NCBI GenBank assembly: GCA_035221665.1
Contig: CM069162.1
Location: 25,606,001-25,670,000, forward strand
Direction of reading: 5' to 3'
Source: Okamejei kenojei
Taxonomy: Eukaryota
Length of the DNA: 64,000 nt
Part shown: in pieces, positions 1 through 15,000 of the stretch
How the letters are laid out: every line of letters starts with the position of its first letter
Numbering within the stretch: the stretch's first letter is position 1
Notes under the pieces: model-generated
Told to the model about the DNA's origin: nothing
Databases searched by the model: none
The model's input: the letters and a program-made list of their open reading frames with translations, nothing else
Made by a program: the position numbers and the translations under genes

Positions 1-3000
1 AACAGTGGAATCGTCAAGCACACAGCATACAACTCAAGCACATCAAAGCTCAACTGAAGTTTCATCAGTCACTGTGTCGCCAGTTGAATCCCACTCCACA
101 ACCTCATCATTTTCATTGGTTACTGAATCCCCTTCAGAAACACGTTCAACATCTGCACAAGCATCAGTGACAACTGAAACTTCATCAGAATCCCATCCAA
201 CTACAGAGGCATCACGAATCACAATGTCCTCTTCAGAAAGACAGCCGACAGCACATGAATCATCAAGTACAGAGCAGTCAACACAAACTCATGGAACAAC
301 ATCAGAAATTCCCTCAGAAAGTGCGTCATCATCAAAATCCCTCGCAACAGCAACAACGTCACCTTTGGTCACTGAGAGCTCAGCGGTAACTTATTCTCAA
401 TCATCGCAAATCACATCCTCCAACAAATCTGCAATAGTCTCACATCCAACGACAGAAGAATCATCGATCACCGTCTCCTCACCTGAAGCACATCAGACAA
501 ATACACAGGAACCTTTTACATCGACTTATCCAAAGACAACACAAGCTTCAACAGAAACTATTTTGACAACAGAAACACATTTAACAACACCAATCTCAAA
601 GGAAACGGAGCCTCCATCAGTAACCTACCACGCACAACAGAAGGCTTATCCACAACAGAATTTTCCTCACCAACACCGAATGGTAGACAGGCATCAGCAA
701 CCACATTGTCCACAGCTGAAACACGGTCAGAAACGCAGGAATCAATAAGAACGGAGCATTCAACACAAACCTTTGCAAGCACGACACAGAATTCTTCAGA
801 GAGTGTGTCCGTTTCAGAACCACATTTCACAACGCAATTTTCAGGCACGACACATTCCTTATCGGAATCATATTCCACATCAGTGAAAGCTTCCTCAACA
901 ACAGAACCTTCATCACAATCACATCCTACAATAGCAGCATCCACAATTGCCACATCCTCTCTGGAAACAACTCCAAAAACCCAGCAATCTTCAAGAACTG
1001 AACTTTCATCACAATCCAATCCAAACAAACCAATTATTCATCAGTCACCGAGTCCTCTTCAGAAACACATTTAACAACATCAAGCTTTATCACAGCTAAC
1101 TGAGTACTCAACAGAAACATACTCCACATCGACACAGGTTTCATCAAAAACTGAATCACCCTCAGAAATCCATCAGACCACAGAAGTGCCTTCAAGCTCC
1201 TTGTCCTCATCAAAAACACATCCAACAACATTACACGAATCATCATCAACAGAGCTTCCAACAACAGCATATCCAGCATTGACAACCGCTTCATCTGTTA
1301 GTGCGTCCCCATCTGAAACCCACCTAACAACAACACCACTATCATCGCCAACTCAGTTCTCAGCAGAGACCTATCCAACAACACAAACATCCACAAACAA
1401 ACCTTCATCAGAAAACACATCCAACAACAGTGGAATCGTCAAGCACACAGCATACAACTCAAGCACATCAAAGCTCAACTGAAGTTTCATCAGTCACTGT
1501 GTCGCCAGTTGAATCCCACTCCACAACCTCATCATTTTCATTGGTTACTGAATCCCCTTCAGAAACACGTTCAACATCTGCACAAGCATCAGTGACAACT
1601 GAAACTTCATCGGAATCCCATCCAACTACAGAGGCATCACGAATCACAATGTCCTCTTCAGAAAGACAGCCGAACAGCACATGAATCATCAAGTACAGCA
1701 GTCAACACAAACTCATGGAACAACATCAGAAATTCCCTCAGAAAGTGCGATATCATCAAAATCCCTCGCAACAGCAACAACGTCACCTTTGGTCACTGAG
1801 AGCTCAGCGGTAACTTATTCTCAATCATCGCAAATCACATCCTCCAACAAATCTGCAGTAGTCTCACATCCAACGACAGAAGAATCATCGATCACCGTTC
1901 CTCACCTGAAGCACAATCAGACAAATACACAGGAACCTTTTACATCGACTTATCCAAAGACGACACAAGCTTCAACAGAACCTATTTTGACAACAGAAAC
2001 ACATTTAACAACACCAATCTCAAAGGAAACGGAGCCTCCATCAGTAACCTACCCACGCACAACAAAGGCTTATCCACAACAGAATTTTCCTCACCAACAC
2101 CGAATGGTAGACAGGCATCAGCAACCACATTGTCCACAGCTGAAACACGGTCAGAAACGCAGGAATCAATAAGAACGGAGCATTCAACACAAACCTTTGC
2201 AAGCACGACACAGAATTCTTCAGAGAGTGTGTCCGTTTCAGAACCACATTTCACAACGCAATTTTCAGGCACGACACATTCCTTATCGGAATCATATTCC
2301 ACATCAGTGAAAGCTCCTCAACAACAGAACCTTCATCAGAATCACATCCTACAATAGCAGCATCCACCAATTGCCACATCCTCTCTGGAAACAACTCCAA
2401 AAACCCCAGCAATCTTCAAGAACTGAACTTTCATCACAATCCAATCCAAACACAACCAATTATTCATCAGTCACCGAGTCCTCTTCAGAAACACATTTAA
2501 CAACATCAAGATTATCACAGCTAACTGAGTCCTCAACAGAAACATACTCCACATCGACACAGGTTTCATCAAAAACTGAATCACCCTCAGAAATCCATCA
2601 GACCACAGAAGTGCCTTCAAGCTCCTTGTCCTCATCAAAAACACATCCAACAACATTTACACGAATCATCATCAACAGAGCTTCCAACAACAGCATATCC
2701 AGCATTGACAACCGCTTCATCTGTTAGTGTGTCCCATCTGAAAACCCACCTAACAACTAAACACCACTATCATCGCCAACTCAGTCCTCAGCAGAGACCT
2801 ATCCAACAACACAAACATCCACAAACAAACCTTCATCAGAAACACATCCAACAACAGTGGAATCGTCAAGCACACAGCATACAACTCAAGCTCATCAAAG
2901 CTCAACTGAAGTTTCATCAGTCACTGTGTCGCCAGTTGAATCCCACTCCACAACCTCATCATTTTTGTCATTGGTTACTGAATCCCCTTCAGAAACACGT

Positions 3001-6000
3001 TCAACATCTGCACAAGCATCAGTGACAACTGAAACTTCATCGGAATCCCATCCAACTACAGAGGCATCACGAATCACAATGTCCTCTTTCAGAAAGACAG
3101 CCGACAGCACATGAATCATCAAGTACAGAGCAGTCAACACAAACTCATGGAACAACATCAGAAATTCCCTCAGAAAGTGCGTCATCATCAAAATCCCTCG
3201 CAACAGCAACAACGTCACCTTTGGTCACTGAGAGCTCAGCGGTAAACTTATTCTCAATCATCGCAAATCACATCCTCCAACAAATCTGCAAGTAGTCTCA
3301 CATCCAACGACAGAAGAATCATCGATCACCGTCTCCTCACCTGAAGCACATCAGACAAATACACAGGAACCTTTTTACATCGACTTATCAAAGACGACAC
3401 AAGCTTCAACAGAAACCTATTTTGACAACAGAAACACATTTAACAACACCAATCTCAAAGGAAACGGAGCCTCCATCAGTAACCTACCCACGCACAACAG
3501 AAGGCTTATCCACAACAGAATTTTCCTCACCAACACCGAATGGTAGACAGGCATCAGCAACCACATTGTCCACAGCTGAAACACGGTCAGAAACGCAGGA
3601 ATCAATAAGAACGGAGCATTCAACACAAACCTTTGCAAGCACGACACAGAATTCTTCAGAGAGTGTGTCCGTTTCAGAACCACATTTCACAACGCAATTT
3701 TCAGGCACGACACATTCCTTATCGGATCATATTCCACATCAGTGAAAGCTTCCTCAACAACAGAACCTTCATCAGAATCACATCCTACAATAGCAGCATC
3801 CACAATTGCCACATCCTCTCTGGAAACAACTCCAAAAACCCAGCAATCTTCAAGAACTGAACTTTCATCACAATCCAATCCAAAACACAACCAATTATTT
3901 CATCAGTCACCGAGTCCTCTTCAGAAACACATTTAACAACATCAAGCTTATCACAGCTAACTGAGTACTCAACAGAAACATACTCCACATCGACACAGGT
4001 TTCATCAAAAACTGAATCACCCTCAGAAATCCATCAGACCACAGAAGTGCCTTCAAGCTCCTTGTCCTCATCAAAAACACATCCAACAACATTACACGAA
4101 TCATCATCAACAGAGCTTCCAACAACAGCATATCCAGCATTGACAACGCTTCATCTGTTAGTGTGTCCCATCTGAAACCCACCTAACAACAACACCACTA
4201 TCATCGCCAACTCAGTCCTCAGCAGAGACCTATCCAACAACACAAACATCCACAAACAAACCTTCATCAGAAACACATCCAACAACAGTGGAATCGTCAA
4301 GCACACAGCATACAACTCAAGCACATCAAAGCTCAACTGAAGTTTCATCAGTCACTGTGTCGCCAGTTGAATCCCACTCCACAACCTCATCATTTTCATT
4401 GATTACTGAATCCCCTCAGAAACACGTTTTCAACGTCTGCACAAGCATCAGTGACAACTGAAACTTCATCGCAATCCCATCCAACTACAGAGGCATCTCG
4501 AATCACAATGTCCTCTTCAGAAAGACAGCCGACAGCACATGAATCATCAAGTACAGTGCAGTCAACACAAACTCATGGAACAACATCAGAAATTCCCTCA
4601 GAAAGTGCGTCATCATCAAAATCCCTCGCAACAGCAACAACGTCACCTTTGGTCACTGAGAGCTCAGCGGTAACTTATTCTCAATCATCGCAAATCACAT
4701 CCTCCAACAAATCTGCAATGTCTCACATCCAACGACAGAAGAATCATCGATCACCGTCTCCTCACCTGAAGCACATCAGACAAATACACAGGAACCTTAT
4801 ACATCGACTTATCCAAAGACAACACAAGCTTCAACAGAAACTATTTTTGACAACAGAAACACATTTAACAACACCAATCTCAAAGGAAACGGAGCCTCCA
4901 TCAGTAACCTACCCACGCACAACAGAAGGCTTATCCACAACAGAATTTTTCCTCACCAACACCGAATGGTAGACATGCATCAGCAACCACATTGTCCACA
5001 GCTGAAACACGGTCAGAAACGCAGGAATCAATAAGAACGGAGCATTCAACACAAACCTTTGCAAGCACGACACAGAATTCTTCAGAGAGTGTGTCCGCTT
5101 CAGAACCACATTTCACAACGCAATTTTCAGGCACGACACAATTCCTTATCGGAATCATATTCCACATCAGTGAAAGCTTCCTCACAACAGAACCTTCATC
5201 AGAATCACATCCTACAATAGCAGCATCCACAATTGCCACATCTCCTTCTGGAAACAACTCCAAAAACCCAGCAATCTTCAAGAACTGAACTTTCATCACA
5301 ATCCAATCCAAACACAACCAATTATTCATCAGTCACCGAGTCCTCTTCAGAAACACATTTAACAACATCAAGCTTATCACAGCTAAACTGAGTACTCAAC
5401 AGAAACATACTCCACATCGACACAGGTTTCATCAAAAACTGAATCACCCTCAGAAATCCATCAGACCACAGAAGTGCCTTCAAGCTCCTTGTCCTCATCA
5501 AAAACACATCCAACAACATTACACGAATCATCATTAACAGAGCTTCCAACAACAGCATATCCAGCATTGACAACTGCTTCATCTGTTAGTGTGTCCCATC
5601 TGAAACCCACCTAACAACAACACCACTATCATCGCCAACTCAGTCCTCAGCAGAGACCTATCCAACAACACAAACATCCACAAACAAAACCTTCATCAGA
5701 AACACATCCAACAACAGTGGAATCGTCAAGCACACAGCATACAACTCAAGCACATCAAAGCTCAACTGAAGTTTCATCAGTCACTGTGTCGCCAGTTGAA
5801 TCCCACTCCACAACCTCATCATTTTCATTGATTACTGAATCCCCTTCAGAAACACGTTCAACGTCTGCACAAGCATCAGTGACAACTGAAACTTCATCGC
5901 AATCCCATCCAACTACAGAGGCATCTCCAATCACAATGTCCTCTTCAGAAAGACAGCCGACAGCACATGAATCATCAAGTACAGTGCAGTCAACACAAAC

Positions 6001-9000
6001 TCCATGGAACAACATCAGAAATTCCCTCAGAAAGTGCGTTCATCATCAAATCCCTCGCAACAGCAACAACGTCACCTTTGGTCACTGAGAGCTCAGCGGT
6101 AACTTATTCTCAATCATCGCAAATCACATCCTCCAACAAATCTGCAATAGTCTCACATCCAACGACAGAAGAATCATCGATCACCGTCTCCTCACCTGAA
6201 GCACATCAGACAAATACACAGGAACCTTATACATCGACTTATCCAAAGACAACACAAGCTTCAACAGAAACTATTTTGACAACAGAAACACCATTTAACA
6301 ACACCAATCTCAAAGGAAACGGAGCCTCCATCAGTAAACCTACCCACGCACAACAGAAGGCTTATCCACAACAGAATTTTCCTCACCAACACGAATGGTA
6401 GACAGGCATCAGCAACCACATTGTCCACAGCTGAAACACGGTCAGAAACGCAGGAATCAATAAGAACGGAGCATTCAACACAAACCTTTGCAAGCACGAC
6501 ACAGAATTCTTCAGAGAGTGTGTCCGTTTCAGAACCACATTTCACAACGCAATTTTCAGGCACGACACATTCCTTATCGGAATCATATTCCACATCAGTG
6601 AAAGCTTCCTCAACAACAGAACCTTCATCAGAATCACATCCTACAATAGCAGCATCCACAATTGCCACATCCTCTCTGGAAACAACTCCAAAAACCCAGC
6701 AATCTTCAAGAACTGAACTTCATCACAATCCAATCCAAACACAACCAATTATTCATCAGTCACCGAGTCCTCTTCAGAAACACATTTAACAACATCAAGC
6801 TTATCACAGCTAACTGAGTACTCAACAGAAAACATACTCCACATCGACACAGGTTTCATCAAAAACTGAATCACCCTCAGAAATCCATCAGACCACAGAA
6901 GTGCCTTCAAGCTCCTTGTCCTCATCAAAAACACATCCAACAACATTACACGAATCATCATCAACAGAGCTTCCAACAACAGCATATCCAGCATTGACAA
7001 CTGCTTCATCTGTTAGTGTGTCCCCATCTGAAACCCACCTAACAACAACACCACTATCATCGCCAACTCAGTCCTCAGCAGAGACCTATCCAACAACACA
7101 AACATCCACAAACAAACCTTCATCAGAAACACATCCAACAACAGTGGAATCGTCAAGCACACAGCATACAACTCAAGCACATCAAAGCTCAACTGAAGTT
7201 TCATCAGTCACTGTGTCGCCAGTTGAATCCCACTCCACAACCTCATCATTTTCATTGATTACTGAATCCCCTTCAGATACACGTTCAACGTCTGCACAAG
7301 CATCAGTGACAACTGAAACTTCATCGCAATCCCATCCAACTACAGAGGCATCTCGAATCACAATGTCCTCTTCAGAAAGACAGCCGACAGCACATGAATC
7401 ATCAAGTACAGTGCAGTCAACACAAACTCATGGAACAACATCAGAAATTCCCTCAGAAAGTGCGTCATCATCAAAATCCCTCGCAACAGCAACAACGTCA
7501 CCTTTGGTCACTGAGAGCTCAGCGGTAACTTATTCTCAATCATCGCAAATCACATCCTCCAACAAATCTGCAATAGTCTCACATCCAACGACAGAAGAAT
7601 CATCGATCACCGTCTCCTCACCTGAAGCACATCAGACAAATACACAGGAACCTTATACATCGACTTATCCAAAGACAACACAAGCTTCAACAGAAACTAT
7701 TTTGACAACAGAAAACACATTTAACAACACCAATCTCAAAGGAAACGGAGCCTCCATCAGTAACCTACCCACGCACAACAGAAGGCTTATCCACAACAGA
7801 ATTTTCCTCACCAACACCGAATGGTAGACAGCATCAGCAACCACATTGTCCACAGCTGAAACACGGTCAGAAACGCAGGAATCAATAAGAACGGAGCATT
7901 CAACACAAACCTTTGCAAGCACGACACAGAATTCTTCAGAGAGTGTGTCCGTTTCAGAACCACATTTCACAACGCAATTTTCAGGCACGACACATTCCTT
8001 ATCGGAATCATATTCCACATCAGTGAAAGCTTCCTCAACAACAGAACCTTCATCAGAATCACATCCTACAATAGCAGCATCCACAATTGCCACATCCTCT
8101 CTGGAAACAACTCCAAAAACCCAGCAATCTTCAAGAACTGAACTTTCATCACAATCCAATCCAAACACAACCAATTATTCATCAGTCACCGAGTCCTCTT
8201 CAGAAACACATTTAACAACATCAAGCTTATCACAGCTAACTGAGTACTCAACAGAAACATACTCCACATCGACACAGGTTTCATCAAAAAACTGAATCAC
8301 CCTCAGAAATCCATCAGACCACAGAAGTGCCTTCAAGCTCCTTGTCCTCATCAAAAACACATCCAACAACATTACACGAAATCATCATTAACAGAGCTTC
8401 CAACAACAGCATATCCAGCATTGACAACTGCTTCATCTGTTAGTGTGTCCCCATCTGAAACCCACCTAACAACAACACCACTATCATCGCCAACTCAGTC
8501 CTCAGCAGAGACCTATCCAACAACACAAACATCCACAAACAAACCTTCATCAGAAAACACATCCAACAACAGTGGAATCGTCAAGCACACAGCATACAAC
8601 TCAAGCACATCAAAGCTCAACTGAAGTTTCATCAGTCACTGTGTCGCCAGTTGAATCCCACTCCACAACCTCATCTTTTCATTGATTACTGAATCCCCTT
8701 CAGAAAACACGTTCAACGTCTGCACAAGCATCAGTGACAACTGAAACTTCATCGCAATCCCATCCAACTACAGAGGCATCTCGAATCACAATGTCCTCTT
8801 CAGAAAGACAGCCGACAGCACATGAATCATCAAGTACAGTGCAGTCAACACAAACTCATGGAACAACATCAGAAATTCTCAGAAAGTGCGTCATCATCAA
8901 AATCCCTCGCAACAGCAACAACGTCACCTTTGGTCACTGAGAGCTCAGCGGTAACTTATTCTCAATCATCGCAAATCACATCCTCCAACAAATCTGCAAT

Positions 9001-12000
9001 AGTCTCACATCCAACGACAGAAGAATCATCGATCACCGTCTCCTCACCTGAAGCACATCAGACAAATACACAGGAACCTTATACATCGACTTATCCAAAG
9101 ACAACACAAGCTTCAACAGAAACTATTTTGACAACAGAAACACATTTAACAACACCAATCTCAAAGGAAACGGAGCCTCCATCAGTAACCTACCCACGCA
9201 CAACAGAAGGCTTATCCACAACAGAATTTTCCTCACCAACACCGAATGGTAGACAGGCATCAGCAACCACATTGTCCACAGCTGAAACACGGTCAGAAAC
9301 GCAGGAATCAATAAGAACGGAGCATTCAACACAAACCTTTGCAAGCTCGACACAGAATTCTTCAGAGAGTGTGTCCGTTTCAGAACCACATTTCACAACG
9401 CAATTTTCAGGCACGACACATTCCTTATCGGAATCATATTCCACATCAGTGAAAGCTTCCTCAACAACAGAACCTTCATCAGAATCACATCCTACAATAG
9501 CAGCATCCACAATTGCCACATCCTCTCTGGAAACAACTCCAAAATCCCAGCAATCTTCAAGAACTGAACTTTCATCACAATCCAATCCAAACACAACCAA
9601 TTATTCATCAGTCACCGAGTCCTCTTCAGAAACACATTTAACAACATCAAGCTTTATCACAGCTAACTGAGTACTCAACAGAAACATACTCCACATCGAC
9701 ACAGGTTTCATCAAAAACTGAATCACCCTCAGAAATCCATCAGACCACAGAAGTGCCTTCAAGCTCCTTGTCCTCATCAAAAACACATCCAACAACATTA
9801 CACGAATCATCATCAACAGAGCTTCCAACAACAGCATATCCAGCATTGACAAACCGCTTCATCTGTTAGTGTGTCCCCATCTGAAACCCACCTAACAACA
9901 ACACCACTATCATCGCCAACTCAAGTCCTCAGCAGAGACCTATCCAACAACACAAACATCCACAAACAAACCTTCATCAGAAACACATCCAACAACAGTG
10001 GAATCGTCAAGCACACAGCATACAACTCAAGCACATCAAAGCTCAACTGAAGTTTCATCAGTCACTGTGTCGCCAGTTGAATCCCACTCCACAACCTCAT
10101 CATTTTCATTGGTTACTGAATCCCCTTCAGAAACACGTTCAACATCTGCACAAGCATCAGTGACAACTGAAACTTCATCGGAATCCCATCCAACTACAGA
10201 GGCATCACGAATCACAATGTCCTCTTCAGAAAGACAGCCGACAGCACATGAATCATCAAGTACAGAGCAGTCAACACAAACTCATGGAACAACATCAGAA
10301 ATTCCCTCAGAAAGTGCGTCATCATCAAAATCCCTCGCAACAGCAACAACGTCACCTTTGGTCACTGAGAGCTCAGCGGTAACTTATTCTCAATCATCGC
10401 AAATCACATCCTCCAACAAATCTGCAGTAGTCTCACATCCAACGACAGAAGAATCATCGATCACCGTCTCCTCACCTGAAGCACATCAGACAAATACACA
10501 GGAACCTTTTACATCGACTTATCCAAAGACGACACAAGCTTCAACAGAAACCTATTTTGACAACAGAAACACATTTAACAACCACCAATCTCAAAGGAAA
10601 CGGAGCCTCCATCAGTAACCTACCCACGCACAACAGAAGGCTTATCCACAAAAGAATTTTCCTCACCAACACCGAATGGTAGACAGGCCATCAGCAACCA
10701 CATTGTCCACAGCTGAAACACGGTCAGAAACGCAGGAATCAATAAGAACGGAGCATTCAACACAAACCATTGCAGCACGACACAGAATTCTTCAGAGAGT
10801 GTGTCCGTTTCAGAACCACATTTCACAACGCAATTTTCAGGCACGACACATTCCTTATCGGAATCATATTCCACATCAGTGAAAGCTTCCTCAACAACAG
10901 AACCTTCATCAGAATCACATCCTACAATAGCAGCATCCACAATTGCCACATCCTCTCTGGAAACAACTCCAAAAACCCAGCAATCTTCAAGAACTGAACT
11001 TTCATCACAATCCAATCCAAACACAACCAATTATTCATCAGTCACCGAGTCCTCTTCAGAAACACATTTAACAACATCAAGCTTATCACAGCTAACTGAG
11101 TACTCAACAGAAACATACTCCACATCGACACAGGTTTCATCAAAAACTGAATCACCCTCAGAAATCCATCAGACCACAGAAGTGCCTTCAAGCTCCTTGT
11201 CCTCATCAAAAACACATCCAACAACATTACACGAATCATCATCAACAGAGCTTCCAAACAACAGCATATCCAGCATTGACAACTGCTTCATCTGTTAGTG
11301 TGTCCCATCTGAAACCCACCTAACAACAACACCACTATCATCGCCAACTCAGTCCTCAGCAGAGACCTATCCAACAACACAAACATCCACAAACAAACCT
11401 TCATCAGAAACACATCCAACAACAGTGGAATCGTCAAGCACACAGCATACAACTCAAGCACATCAAAGCTCAACTGAAGTTTCATCAGTCACTGTGTCGC
11501 CAGTTGAATCCCACTCCACAACCTCATCATTTTCATTGATTACTGAATCCCCTTCAGAAACACGTTCAACGTCTGCACAAGCATCAGTGACAACTGAAAC
11601 TTCATCGCAATCCCATCCAACTACAGAGGCATCTCGAATCACAATGTCCTCTTCAGAAAGACAGCCGACAGCACATGAATCATCAAGTACAGTGCAGTCA
11701 ACACAAACTCATGGAACAACATCAGAAATTCCCTCAGAAAGTGCGTCATCATCAAAATCCCTCGCAACAGCAACAACGTCACCTTTGGTCACTGAGAGCT
11801 CAGCGGTAACTTATTCTCAATCATCGCAAATCACATCCTCCAACAAATCTGCAATAGTCTCACATCCAACGACAGAAGAATCATCGATCACCGTCTCCTC
11901 ACCTGAAGCACATCAGACAAATACACAGGAACCTTATACATCGACTTATCCAAAGACAACACAAGCTTCAACAGAAACTATTTTGACAACAGAAACACAT

Positions 12001-15000
12001 TTAACAACACCAATCTCAAAGGAAACGGAGCCTCCATCAGTAACCTACCCACGCACAACAGAAGGCTTATCCACAACAGAATTTTCCTCACCAACACCGA
12101 ATGGTAGACAGGCATCAGCAACCACATTGTCCACAGCTGAAAACACGGTCAGAAACGCAGGAATCAATAAGAACGGAGCATTCAACACAAACCTTTGCAA
12201 GCACGACACAGAATTCTTCAGAGAGTGTGTCCGTTTCAGAACCACATTTCACAACGCAATTTTCAGGCACGACACATTCCTTATCGGAATCATATTCCAC
12301 ATCAGTGAAAGCTTCCTCAACAACAGAACCTTCATCAGAATCACATCCTACAATAGCAGCATCCACAATTGCCACATCCTCTCTGGAAACAACTCCAAAA
12401 ACCCAGCAATCTTCAAGAACTGAACTTTCATCACAATCCAATCCAAACACAACCAATTATTCATCAGTCACCGAGTCCTCTTCAGAAACACATTTAACAA
12501 CATCAAGCTTATCACAGCTAACTGAGTACTCAACAGAAACATACTCCACATCGACACAGGTTTCATCAAAAACTGAATCACCCTCAGAAATCCATCAGAC
12601 CACAGAAGTGCCTTCAAGCTCCTTGTCCTCATCAAAAACACATCCAACAACATTACACGAATCATCATCAACAGAGCTTCCAACAACAGCATATCCAGCA
12701 TTGACAACTGCTTCATCTGTTAGTGTGTCCCCATCTGAAACCCACCTAACAACAACACCACTATCATCGCCAACTCAGTCCTCAGCAGAGACCTATCCAA
12801 CAACACAAACATCCACAAACAAACCTTCATCAGAAACACATCCAACAACAGTGGAATCGTCAAGCACACAGCATACAACTCAAGCACATCAAAGCTCAAC
12901 TGAAGTTTCATCAGTCACTGTGTCGCCAGTTGAATCCCACTCCACAACCTCATCATTTTCATTGATTACTGAATCCCCTTCAGAAACACGTTCAACGTCT
13001 GCACAAGCATCAGTGACAACTGAAACTTCATCGCAATCCCATCCAACTACAGAGGCATCTCGAATCACAATGTCCTCTTCAGAAAGACAGCCGACAGCAC
13101 ATGAATCATCAAGTACAGTGCAGTCAACACAAACTCATGGAACAACATCAGAAATTCCCTCAGAAAGTGCGTCATCATCAAAATCCCTCGCAACAGCAAC
13201 AACGTCACCTTTGGTCACTGAGAGCTCAGCGGTAACTTATTCTCAATCATCGCAAATCACATCCTCCAACAAATCTGCAATAGTCTCACATCCAACGACA
13301 GAAGAATCATCGATCACCGTCTCCTCACCTGAAGCACATCAGACAAATACACAGGAACCTTATACATCGACTTATCCAAAGACAACACAAGCTTCAACAG
13401 AAACTATTTTGACAACAGAAACACATTTAACAACACCAATCTCAAAGGAAACGGAGCCTCCATCAGTAACCTACCCACGCACAACAGAAGGCTTATCCAC
13501 AACAGAATTTTCCTCACCAACACCGAATGGTAGACAGGCATCAGCAACCACATTGTCCACAGCTGAAACACGGTCAGAAACGCAGGAATCAATAAGAACG
13601 GAGCATTCAAACACAAACCATTGCAAGCACGACACAGAATTCTTCAGAGAGTGTGTCCGTTTCAGAACCACATTTCACAACGCAATTTTCAGGCACGACA
13701 CATTCCTTATCGGAATCATATTCCACATCAGTGAAAGCTTCCTCAACAACAGAACCTTCATCAGAATCACATCCTACAATAGCAGCATCCACAATTGCCA
13801 CATCCTCTCTGGAAACAACTCCAAAAACCCAGCAATCTTCAAGAACTGAACTTTCATCACAATCCAATCCAAACACAACCAATTATTCATCAGTCACCGA
13901 GTCCTCTTCAGAAACACATTTAACAACATCAAGCTTATCACAGCTAACTGAGTCCTCAACAGAAACATACTCCACATCGACACAGGTTTCATCAAAAACT
14001 GAATCACCCTCAGAAATCCATCAGACCACAGAAGTGCCTTCAAGCTCCTTGTCCTCATCAAAAACACATCCAACAACATTACACGAATCATCATCAACAG
14101 AGCTTCCAACAACAGCATATCCAGCATTGACAACCGCTTCATCTGTTAGTGTGTCCCCATCTGAAAACCCACCTAACAACAACACCACTATCATCGCCAA
14201 CTCAGTCCTCAGCAGAGACCTATCCAACAACACAAACATCCACAAACAAACCTTCATCAGAAACACATCCAACAACAGTGGAATCGTCAAGCACACAGCA
14301 TACAACTCAAGCACATCAAAGCTCAACTGAAGTTTCATCAGTCACTGTGTCGCCAGTTGAATCCCACTCCACAACCTCATCATTTTCATTGGTTACTGAA
14401 TCCCCTTCAGAAACACGTTCAACATCTGCACAAGCATCAGTGACAACTGAAACTTCATCGCAATCCCATCCAACTACAGAGGCATCTCGAATCACAATGT
14501 CCTCTTCAGAAAGACAGCCGACAGCACATGAATCATCAAGTACAGAGCAGTCAACACAAACTCATGGAACAACATCAGAAATTCCCTCAGAAAGTGCGTC
14601 ATCATCAAAATCCCTCGCAACAGCAACAACGTCACCTTTGGTCACTGAGAGCTCAGCGGTAACTTATTCTCAATCATCGCAAATCACATCCTCCAACAAA
14701 TCTGCAATAGTCTCACATCCAACGACAGAAGAATCATCGATCACCGTCTCCTCACCTGAAGCACATCAGACAAATACACAGGAACCTTATACATCGACTT
14801 ATCCAAAGACAACACAAGCTTCAACAGAAACTATTTTGACAACAGAAACACATTTAACAACACCAATCTCAAAGGAAACGGAGCCTCCATCAGTAACCTA
14901 CCCACGCACAACAGAAGGCTTATCCACAACAGAATTTTCCTCACCAACACCGAATGGTAGACAGGCATCAGCAACCACATTGTCCACAGCTGAAACACGG